Source: Candidatus Brocadiia bacterium (GTDB lineage: Bacteria; Planctomycetota; Brocadiia; SM23-32). From it: 64,000 bases of DNA. The stretch lies in contig JBKHIT010000008.1 of NCBI GenBank assembly GCA_046538485.1, positions 42,857 through 106,856 on the forward strand, read 5' to 3'. Below are positions 10,998 to 19,206 of this stretch, piece by piece; the first letter of the stretch is position 1, and each line of letters begins with the position of its first letter. The notes beneath the pieces are model-generated. The model did not search any database, had not been told where the DNA came from, and saw only the letters and a list, made by a program, of their open reading frames with translations. The position numbers were made by a program, and so were the translations under genes.

Positions 10998-11026
10998 TTG
11001 AAAATGCACTCAAACACCCATATTAT
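10998..11026 (+). promoter_or_regulatory. Putative sigma70 promoter for the aldo/keto reductase gene
   Basis: TTGAAA-N17-TATTAT, about 50 nt upstream of GTG 11079. Confidence 0.5.
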
Positions 11027-11078
11027 ACGGTAGGAGTTACCGTGCATTTACCTCAACGATCGAACTGGAGGAAGCACC

Positions 11079-13034
11079 GTGCAATATGACATTCTTGGTA
11101 AAACCGAATTGAAGGTCTCGCGACTCGGTTTCGGATGTATGCGCCTGCCAATGAAAGACAAAACCGAAGTCGATCGAGAAAAAGCAATCCCTATGCTCCA
11201 TCGAGCCCGGGAACTGGGCATTAATCTGTTCGATACCGCCGTCGGTTACTGCGCCGGGGATAGCCAGAGGACAGTCGGCGAAGCGTTCGAAAATGTTCGC
11301 GATAAAATCGTCCTCTCAACAAAAAACCACCACTACGATAAAAACGATAAAGACGGTTGGTGGAAACACCTGGAAAATAGCCTTGAAAGACTCAGAACCG
11401 ACCACATCGACATCTATAACCACCACGGCATAAGTTACAACCGGTATCAGGAAAGCGTCGCAGGTGACGACGGGCTCTACCAGGAGATGCTCAAGGCGAA
11501 AGAACAGGGACTCATCCGGCATATCTGTTTCTCATTTCATGGCCCCAACGACCAACTTATGAAACTGGTGGATACGGGCCGCTTCGATACCGTCATCTGC
11601 CAGTACAATCTGCTGGATCGACACCTCGAAGACGCCATCGCCCACGCTTCCGAAAGCGGAATGGGCGTTCTGATCATGGGACCCGTCGGCGGCGGGCGTC
11701 TGGGTTACCCGAGCGATAAAGCCGCCAGTCTCGTCGGCGAGGTTAAAAGCACCCCGGACCTCGCACTGCGGTTCGTGCTCTCAAACGAAAATGTCAACGT
11801 GGCACTGTCGGGTATGTCGAATATGCAGATGCTCGAAGAGAATGTCGAGACGGTCTCCTCCGCCGAACAACTGAGCGAAAAAGACCACCAGCAAATCAAA
11901 GAAGCGATCGAAGAGCGAAAAAAACTGGCCGGCCTCTACTGCACCGGTTGCAATTACTGCATGCCCTGCCCCGCCGGTGTCGATATCCCCGCAAATTTCG
12001 AAATCCTGAATCTCGAACGGGTCTTCGGACTGACCGATCACGCAAAGAAAAAATATCAAAATCTTGAGGGAAAAGCCGCTTACTGCATGCAATGCGGACA
12101 GTGCCTGGAGGAATGCCCCCAGGACATCAATATCCCGCAACGCCTGGGAGAAGCGGTTAAAACCCTCGATCCGCGTGCCGGTCGCCTGGGAGGCTGGAGT
12201 TACCTCCGCTCCGCAGAACGCACCGAGGAGACCACAAACCTTCAAATTCGATACGTTTTGAAGAATTTCGCCGATGAGACTCGGAACGCGGATCTGCAGT
12301 TCCAGCCGCACGGCGAAGACCGGGTCCAACCACAAAAACTTACCGTGGAAGAACTGAAACCCTACCACCGCAAAAAAATCGACCTCGAACTGTTACAACC
12401 GCGAAACGTTTCTTCTTACAATCTGGATGCTGTTGTCAGCTGGGATGGCGAAATAACGACGGAGCATCTATCCGAAATGGTGATCTGTGCATCCAGAACC
12501 GAAGGATTTGAACTCAAAGCAGGTGAAATCGAAGGCCCGGCCGTGCATGTCCCCGCCCCCACCCATCCTATCCATAGCGCCGACTACACGCCTGAGACGA
12601 CGTTTGATTTCGGCGTGTGTTACGACGAGCAAAACCTTTATATTGGGGTTGATGTCGACGCCGCCGATGAGGAAGAGGATATCGGGGCGGTGATGGTGTA
12701 TCTCGATACGCGGAAACCGGAGGAACTGTGTCGCGGTTCCTACGAGGAAGGCGTCACGAAAATCGCGCTCCACCCGCCGGCGGAGACGGAAAAGGCAGGG
12801 GCTGAGACCGATCTGGACCTGGGATTGGATCATGTGGCGACCGACAGGGGTTACGCGTTCGCCTGTGCGATTCCCTGGGAAGAATTGTGTCAGGATGACG
12901 ATAGTCCGTCCGTGGCCGGATTCGATATCGGGTTGCGCTGTCAGGTCGGGGGAAAAAAGGTGCTTCTCAACTGGACGGGACGCCCGGGCGGCGACAAAGA
13001 TCCATCCGCTTTCGGGAAGCTCGCGATGGTGTAA
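11079..13034 (+). CDS. Aldo/keto reductase with a 4Fe-4S dicluster domain and a C-terminal CBM9/DOMON-like domain
   Basis: LGFGCMRLP, FDTAVGY, CTGCNYCMPCP and CMQCGQCLEECP; C-terminal YDEQNLYIGVDV..., AIPW, GFDI and PSAFGKL. Confidence 0.85.
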   Translation: MQYDILGKTELKVSRLGFGCMRLPMKDKTEVDREKAIPMLHRARELGINLFDTAVGYCAGDSQRTVGEAFENVRDKIVLSTKNHHYDKNDKDGWWKHLENSLERLRTDHIDIYNHHGISYNRYQESVAGDDGLYQEMLKAKEQGLIRHICFSFHGPNDQLMKLVDTGRFDTVICQYNLLDRHLEDAIAHASESGMGVLIMGPVGGGRLGYPSDKAASLVGEVKSTPDLALRFVLSNENVNVALSGMSNMQMLEENVETVSSAEQLSEKDHQQIKEAIEERKKLAGLYCTGCNYCMPCPAGVDIPANFEILNLERVFGLTDHAKKKYQNLEGKAAYCMQCGQCLEECPQDINIPQRLGEAVKTLDPRAGRLGGWSYLRSAERTEETTNLQIRYVLKNFADETRNADLQFQPHGEDRVQPQKLTVEELKPYHRKKIDLELLQPRNVSSYNLDAVVSWDGEITTEHLSEMVICASRTEGFELKAGEIEGPAVHVPAPTHPIHSADYTPETTFDFGVCYDEQNLYIGVDVDAADEEEDIGAVMVYLDTRKPEELCRGSYEEGVTKIALHPPAETEKAGAETDLDLGLDHVATDRGYAFACAIPWEELCQDDDSPSVAGFDIGLRCQVGGKKVLLNWTGRPGGDKDPSAFGKLAMV

Positions 13035-13260
13035 CGGAGTCTGCTGGTTTCGGATCACGCATCGGTCCGAAAACCCGGCAGTGAGTTCTGGGGAACGTCC
13101 AATCCCAAACCGGCAGCCCGTCGCGCACGCGGAGTTTGAGGATCTGCCCGAAATGCACCCTGTGTGCCAGCCTGAGGAAACGCCGGCACGGCGCCGGCAG
13201 ATCCGATGCCCTTATCTGTTTGTTTGCTTCTGCCATGTTCCTGGTTCCACGTCGGACCAT
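12967..13260 (-). pseudogene. Possibly truncated small hypothetical gene
   Basis: Strong SD (AGGAAGGAGG/GGAGG). 'SDLPAPCRRFLRLAHRVHFGQILKLRVRDGLP' recalls, from memory only, a small protein family seen in integrative elements. The 3' end runs into the convergent AKR gene. Confidence 0.35.
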
Positions 13261-13287
13261 TGTAGCCCTCCGGTCCTCCTTCCTGAG

Positions 13288-13338
13288 AAAAAGAAAAGGC
13301 CCGCCTCCCTGCGGCCTTGCGGCCCGGGAGCGGACCCT
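13288..13338 (-). terminator. Intrinsic terminator-like hairpin
   Basis: Minus strand: agggtccgctccc-gggcc-GCAA-ggccgca-gggaggcgggcct followed by tttcttttt. Confidence 0.65.
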
Positions 13339-13376
13339 AATTCGCGGATTTTGGCGGTAAAGGTATCTCTACCCTT

Positions 13377-13625
13377 TAGCCCGCTTTTCTCAAGCGGCGC
13401 CAGTGCTGCAGCTGCGCGGAAGCCAAGCGCAGGAGTATTTTCATACTTCAAGCGCAGGCTGACAAAGAAGATGCAGTGCTGGCGCCGTTCCCGAAGGGCG
13501 AACCGGCGTTTTCAGATTCAGAATACACCGTGTGTGCTGAGATCAGCCACTCAATGCAGTGTAACGTTTGTCTGTCGTGTCGTTTAGAATAATACTGCTT
13601 TTAGCTTCGTGAGAAATGCGGGGTA
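13377..13625. mobile_element. MITE-like element family M, copy 1
   Basis: Ends are TAgcccgcttttctca and tgagaaatgcggggTA (imperfect TIR with TA at both ends); homologous to 53236-53577 and 34860-35022. Confidence 0.75.
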
Positions 13626-13751
13626 GAAAACACATTTTCAGCGCCGTCCGGGCGCCGTAGCGTTAGCTGCCTCCTTTCAGGCTCCTGTCTTCTGGCGAAA
13701 ATGCGTGCCTCCGGACCTAACTGGCCCGGCCGTCATTGTTGATGCGCGACG

Positions 13752-13780
13752 ATATTAGCTGTTCATGTGTATAGTGTCAA
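13752..13780 (-). promoter_or_regulatory. Near-consensus sigma70 promoter
   Basis: Minus strand TTGACA-N17-TAATAT. Confidence 0.6.
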
Positions 13781-14025
13781 GTCTTTTTTGACGGGAGATC
13801 AGGTTTTTTTTGAGGAACTTGTTTGTAGTTAATGCTTTGCGGAGGACAAAAATATTGCTTTTATTTGCGATCAGGAATCGGCGGATTCGTGACATGAACT
13901 GTTCACCGCATTATTTGCCTCTCACAACGTCCTACGGCCCGCAGATCCAGCACGAAAAATTCCGGGTGGGTAGAGAGGACATTTTGACAGGAAATTGAAC
14001 ATTTCATGCCATGAGGGGGAGACCT

Positions 14026-14688
14026 CTATCGGGCAATCTCAACGACAAGACCGGGTGGAAGTTCCTCCGCTTCACGGACTCGGCCATCGGGACCGATCAG
14101 GGTCACGCCCTTGTCGGCCACCCCGCTTCGCTTCATCTGCAGGGGATATCCTCCCCCCACGGCGTTGCTGCCGACATTCCCGCTTATGATATGGCTCTCG
14201 GGGCCGAGATGGGTTTTCGTCTCACCGAAAAGCACAAAATCACTCAGCGGCAGTTTCTTCTGCACCTTGCCCCCGGTGATTTCGTTCATATCATTCACCG
14301 TCAGGGGCAGACGCTGGCCGTCTATGGTGGTGGCCTGCCAGTTGCCCACAGAATCCAGCTCCCAGCTTTGGCTGGCGACCGGATCCGGGATCTCGGTCTT
14401 ATCGGCGCTCAGCTCCCCGCGTTTCCAGGTGGTAAGCCGGTCCAGCTCGTCGTAGCGGTAGAGCTCGCTACCCTGCGGGTCTCTCAGGTCCTCCTGGTAG
14501 AGCTTATTCCCCATCTCATCGTACCCGTAAGCGAAACCGACGATCAGAGTGCTATCTCTATTGTACCGTCGCTCGGTGATCCTGCCAAGTCCGTCGCGGG
14601 TGTTTGAGAGGGTGACGCCGTTGCCGAAAGTTCCCCCGTCGAGCAGGTTGCGGGAGTCGTAGCCCCTGAATCCCTTAGTGGTCCCATT
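14026..14688 (-). pseudogene. Rhs/YD-repeat protein fragment
   Basis: The open frame reads GYDSRNLL..., RDGLGRIT, YGYDEMGN, YRYDELDRL, WELDSVGNW and VNDMNEIT. There is a stop at 14689-14691 upstream, no proper start, and no PxxxxDPxG core end. Confidence 0.75.
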
Positions 14689-14833
14689 TCACCCACAAAA
14701 TGGGTCGTTTGAGTCATATATAAGGGCTACTTTTGTCATAACCACTGCCTCGACAGCAACTTCGGTTGGTTCGACCCGGATGCGCTCCCACCGGATGCGC
14801 TCCCGGGTATAATCTCCTCTCCGGAAGTTAGCA

Positions 14834-15307
14834 CTATTTCAACAGGATATTGCTGCCCCGCATGACCCGCTCGCAGTAGGTACATCGGAGAGCGGGTGGG
14901 GTCTCTTCGATGACCTCGAAACGTGTCATTACACCTTCTTGATTGGTAATACAGCGTGGGTTCTGGCATTTCACGACACGTTCGATTTTGTCAGGGAGAT
15001 GGACTTTAGATTTTTCCACCACTTCGAAATTGCTGATAATGTTGAGGGTCGCGTTGGGGGCGGCGACGGCGATTTTATTAACTTCATCGGGGGTTAGCTC
15101 GCGGTTTTCGATCTTGATGATGCCTTTATGGCCCAGTTTCTCGCTTTCCAGGTTCATCGCCACCAGCACAATATTATCTTCATCTCCCACTTTCAGCAGT
15201 TTGGCCACCTTGAAAGTCGCTTCGCTGTTGATGTGATCGATGACGGTCCCGTGCCGAATTGCCGAGACGTTCATTTCGGGTCTTTTGTTTTGCTCATTCA
15301 TTTTCAT
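14834..15307 (-). CDS. pyrI: Aspartate carbamoyltransferase regulatory subunit
   Basis: VSAIRHGTVIDHI, KGIIKIE, CQNPRCIT and CTYCE. Confidence 0.97.
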   Translation of the reverse strand: MKMNEQNKRPEMNVSAIRHGTVIDHINSEATFKVAKLLKVGDEDNIVLVAMNLESEKLGHKGIIKIENRELTPDEVNKIAVAAPNATLNIISNFEVVEKSKVHLPDKIERVVKCQNPRCITNQEGVMTRFEVIEETPPALRCTYCERVMRGSNILLK

Positions 15308-16224
15308 ACCTTCCCGAGAGCCATGGCCAGAAGCGCCTGTCGGATGGGGATACCATTTTTGGCCTGTTCGAAATAGACTGCGTAAGGCGTTTCGTCAACA
15401 TCCTCCGCCAGCTCATCGACTCTTGGCAACGGATGCATTATTTTCAGCTCATCTTTCACGCCGCATTCTTCCAGCAGATTTCTATCGATGCGGTAGCTGC
15501 TTTTGACCTGTTCGTATTCCAGCCGGTCGGCGAACCGTTCTTCCTGGATGCGTGTGCAGTACAAAATGTCGAGTTCGGAGATAATTTCCGGCAATTCGCC
15601 GAATTCTTCGTAATTGATTTTCTTTTTATCAAGCTCATCCAGCATATGCCGCGGCACTTTGAGGCTTTCGGGGGAAATAAAGTACTGTTTCCCCTCAAAG
15701 TGCGAGAGTGCGTTTGAAAGTGAACGGACCGTCCGGCTATAACGCAAATCTCCCACGAATCCGACATTGAGCCCGTTCATTTTGTCGTGGACTTTTTGGA
15801 TCGTGTACAGATCGAGGAAGGTCTGAGTGGGATGCTGGTTGGCCCCATCTCCTCCATTCAATACCGGGATACCGGCAATCTGTTCGGCGAGCCGTGCCGC
15901 GCCCTCCCATGGATGCCGGATAGCAAGGATGTCGCAGTATCCGCCGATCATCCGGATCGTATCCGCGAGCGATTCTCCTTTTTTAAAAGAACTTCGTTCC
16001 TTGTCACCAAAATCCAGAACCGAACCGCCCAGTTGCATCATGGCCGAGGCAAAGCTCAGCCGGGTTCGGGTGGACGGTTCCACGAACATAATCCCCAGGA
16101 CATAGCCGTCGAGCAGGTGGATCTGGGGTTTGCGCTCCATTTCACTGGCCGTATGGAGCACGGACATAATGGCATCGCGGTCAAAATCCCTGATGCTGAT
16201 CACGTTCTTGAAACCGTTACTCAT
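15304..16224 (-). CDS. pyrB: Aspartate carbamoyltransferase catalytic subunit
   Basis: EPSTRTRLSF, KGESLADT, HPTQTFLDL and MHPLPR. Confidence 0.97.
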   Translation of the reverse strand: MSNGFKNVISIRDFDRDAIMSVLHTASEMERKPQIHLLDGYVLGIMFVEPSTRTRLSFASAMMQLGGSVLDFGDKERSSFKKGESLADTIRMIGGYCDILAIRHPWEGAARLAEQIAGIPVLNGGDGANQHPTQTFLDLYTIQKVHDKMNGLNVGFVGDLRYSRTVRSLSNALSHFEGKQYFISPESLKVPRHMLDELDKKKINYEEFGELPEIISELDILYCTRIQEERFADRLEYEQVKSSYRIDRNLLEECGVKDELKIMHPLPRVDELAEDVDETPYAVYFEQAKNGIPIRQALLAMALGKV

Positions 16225-16461
16225 GGCCCGTCCGCCTATCAGTTATCAGTCTTATTTCGCTTCTATCTCAATTAACGAGCATCGGAGTGTACGCTTTTCA
16301 CACTGAATTATAATTTGCTCGCCCGGCATTGCAAATGAGGGGCAAAATATACTCGTTTCGGCGCGGCGGAGGGAGCCGGAAGCCCGGTCGCTCGCTTGCG
16401 AAAATGCGCCTGTAGCCCGTATCCTGTCTTTTTGATAATACCAACGGAGGCGGAAAAAAGT

Positions 16462-17520
16462 ATGTGCTTCGAACGATTCAACAACAACCCGATTATCACT
16501 CGAGCAGATCTGCAGGTTTCCCGAGATGGATTTGAGATATTCGGCGTCTTCAACTGCGGCGCGGTCAAAGTCGGCGGAGAATATTTGCTGCTCCTGCGGG
16601 TCGCTGAACGTCCAACCCCGGAGCGTGACTGGCTGAACATCCCCCTGTTGAATGAGACCTGCGACGATCTCAAAATACGAAGGATACGCGCCAACGCCCC
16701 CGGTATCGACGCAACCGACAGCCGGGTGGTGCGACTCGCAAATGGGCGGATTCTTCTGACGTCGATTTCCCATTTTCGGCTTGCCCGGAGCAAAGATGGG
16801 CGCACGTTCTCGGTCGATGAAAAGCCCGCCATGTTCCCTTCAACCGAATACGAACGTTACGGTATTGAGGATCCGCGTATTACATATCTCGATGGCCAGT
16901 ACTGGATAAGTTACAGCGCGATTTCTCCCCAGGGGGTCGCCACTGCTTTCGCTTCGACTACCGACTGGCGCAGTTTTAAGCGCCATGGAATCGTCTTCGC
17001 GCCCACCGATAAGGATGTGTGCCTTTTCCCGGAAAAGGTAGACGGACACTACGTGTGCCGACACCGACCCTGGGCGGAAGGAATCGGAGCCCCGGCTATC
17101 TGGACGGCCTACTCATCCGACCTGCAAAACTGGGGGGGACACAGTTTCACGATGGGACCACGGGAAAACCACTGGGACGAAGAACGTGTGGGGTGCGGAG
17201 CTCCCCCAATCCACACAGATGAGGGATGGCTCGAAATTTACCACGGCGCTAATATCGCCGGTCGATACTGCCTGGGGGCAATGCTATCGGAAATCACTCA
17301 ACCGGCACGCGTGATCGGGCAAAGTGAGAATCCCGTCCTGGAACCCACCGCTGAATATGAAACTCACGGCGTTTATTCTCCGTGCGTTTTCTCAAATGGA
17401 GCGATCGAGGAAAAAGACGGGACATTGCTTCTCTATTACGGCGCCGCCGATACGGTGACAGCCGGGGCATCGGCCACTATTGACGACCTGCTTAACACAA
17501 TCGAGCGAAACGGCTTTTAA
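16462..17520 (+). CDS. Glycoside hydrolase family 130 (beta-mannoside phosphorylase-like)
   Basis: GVFNCGA, LLLRVAERP, LTSISHFRLARS, YGIEDPRIT, KDVCLFPEK, HRP, GWLEIYHG and YYGAAD. Confidence 0.9.
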   Translation: MCFERFNNNPIITRADLQVSRDGFEIFGVFNCGAVKVGGEYLLLLRVAERPTPERDWLNIPLLNETCDDLKIRRIRANAPGIDATDSRVVRLANGRILLTSISHFRLARSKDGRTFSVDEKPAMFPSTEYERYGIEDPRITYLDGQYWISYSAISPQGVATAFASTTDWRSFKRHGIVFAPTDKDVCLFPEKVDGHYVCRHRPWAEGIGAPAIWTAYSSDLQNWGGHSFTMGPRENHWDEERVGCGAPPIHTDEGWLEIYHGANIAGRYCLGAMLSEITQPARVIGQSENPVLEPTAEYETHGVYSPCVFSNGAIEEKDGTLLLYYGAADTVTAGASATIDDLLNTIERNGF

Positions 17521-17522
17521 CC

Positions 17523-19067
17523 GTGCATAGATCTCGCAACATATTTCTTCACGTTCTTTCGATGGGCTCTGGGCAGCGTTGGCCTCGATGGTGGAAAACC
17601 TGGCGCTGGACCCTAAAAAGACGGAGCCTGCTGATGCTTTTTGCCATTTTCGGGTTCGTCTACCCCGCGCTGATTCCCTGTCAGGGGGCCGAATCGAAAG
17701 CCAAAACCATCTGTATAGAAGCGGAACACGCCAATTCGCTCCGTTACCCATTCGTCGTGGCTCGATTCGATAAAGCCTCCGGGAAACTGGGCCTGGCAAT
17801 TCCTGAGGGAGCTGGCAGCATGGAATCTTTCGGGGGAGCACGCATTGCTGCAACTTACAATGTAAAATTGCCTGGACCCGGGAAATGGAGGGCGTGGTTG
17901 CGAGTAAAATGGCATGGTATCTGTAGCAATTCGATTTTTTTTGGCGTCGGGGAAGGAAAACTCCGCAAAGTCGCAGGCGGGTCCGCCAGGAAATGGCAGT
18001 GGCTATCGGCCGGCAACTGGTCAATCAAGAAGCAAGATGTAGTTGTTCAGATTGTCGACCGTGAAGATGGGGTGGCCGTCGACCAGATTCTGTTTAGAAA
18101 CAACCAGGCGCCGCCCGAGGAAATGGAAAAGCCCAATCTGATCCCCGGTTGTGGGACGGAAGATCTCCCGGCCCGCCTTTTTTTGGGAGTCGGCTCCGGC
18201 GGTCTGCCACCCACCGATTTCGCCCTGCACCACGGCCGGACCCACCCGCTTCCGCTCAAACCTATACCTCGTTTTATTGTTCAGAAAGGCCGAACGACAC
18301 GTTTGGCGGCGTGGCTTCGTAACAATCCATGTTCTTCCGATCAGTTCTCGGTTTCTCTCAGCACTACGGCGCCAGTAGAGATACAACCGGGCCAAAGACA
18401 AACATTTGCTTTAGCTCCCCAAAGACCGCTTCGAAAATTGGATTTCCGGATTCTCCCGACGAAACACACGGCCCGCCGGACCTACCGAATGGCCATCAGA
18501 CTCCGGCATCCAAATGGCAAGATCGAAACCCATAAAGTGTTGCTTGAGCGGCCTTTTCAATGGCTGGTCACCAACGCCATAGCTTGTCCCGACTCTCTTG
18601 GGCTGGAAACCCCGAGTGGGATCGAGAATAAGCTCACCAACGGTTTCCCCGGACCCGCGGATGGCGTTAGCTGGCAGGTCGCCCCCTCTGAAAGCGTATC
18701 ACGGTACGGTCTCCTCAACATGCGCAAGGCCGTCAAGAACAGCACCTATGTCATGGCTTACGCCTACACCTGTGTGCGATCTCCAGAAGAGGGGACTTTT
18801 CTCTTTGAGGTGCGACACGATGACATGATCAGAGTCTGGCTGAACGGGAAGAAGACATTCACAAGTCTTCAAAGCGCCCCTTCTTCGTTGACACGGAAAT
18901 TAGTGAAAGTGCATTTAAATAAGGGCTTGAATCATATTCTGGTAAAAATCGCCCAAAAAAAGAATTACTGGGAATTTGGGCTCAGGATTCTTGATCTTAA
19001 AACGCTCCCGGCCCACGTGGAAGGCGTTCCGACCGAGAATCTGATTGTCAAAAGCAAAAAACCATGA
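17523..19067 (+). CDS. Putative secreted multidomain protein (CBM-like N-terminal domain, PA14-like C-terminal domain); start uncertain
   Basis: Hydrophobic signal-like stretch, IEAEHA, REDGVAVDQI, AYAYT, HDDMIRVWLNG and LNKGLNHILVKI. Confidence 0.65.
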   Translation: MHRSRNIFLHVLSMGSGQRWPRWWKTWRWTLKRRSLLMLFAIFGFVYPALIPCQGAESKAKTICIEAEHANSLRYPFVVARFDKASGKLGLAIPEGAGSMESFGGARIAATYNVKLPGPGKWRAWLRVKWHGICSNSIFFGVGEGKLRKVAGGSARKWQWLSAGNWSIKKQDVVVQIVDREDGVAVDQILFRNNQAPPEEMEKPNLIPGCGTEDLPARLFLGVGSGGLPPTDFALHHGRTHPLPLKPIPRFIVQKGRTTRLAAWLRNNPCSSDQFSVSLSTTAPVEIQPGQRQTFALAPQRPLRKLDFRILPTKHTARRTYRMAIRLRHPNGKIETHKVLLERPFQWLVTNAIACPDSLGLETPSGIENKLTNGFPGPADGVSWQVAPSESVSRYGLLNMRKAVKNSTYVMAYAYTCVRSPEEGTFLFEVRHDDMIRVWLNGKKTFTSLQSAPSSLTRKLVKVHLNKGLNHILVKIAQKKNYWEFGLRILDLKTLPAHVEGVPTENLIVKSKKP

Positions 19068-19206
19068 GGCAGACGCGACGTTTCCGAGGGCACATGTTAA
19101 AATAGAAGCACGATCCTTTCGAACCACAAACAGGCTGGGAAAACGGAGTTTAGAAGCTTTTCCAGTGATGTTGCCGGTCTCTTCTGCGCTTATTGGCAAA
19201 ACTGAG

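Noticed and set aside
10981..11010. 'cacagggcaaa' resembling the start of a c-di-GMP-I riboswitch
   Set aside because: The P2 stem and the downstream GACGCAAAG element are missing, and the region fits a sigma70 promoter better.
12832..13587. 251-aa ORF spanning the MITE as a transposase
   Set aside because: It has no DDE, HUH or HTH motifs and crosses unrelated elements.
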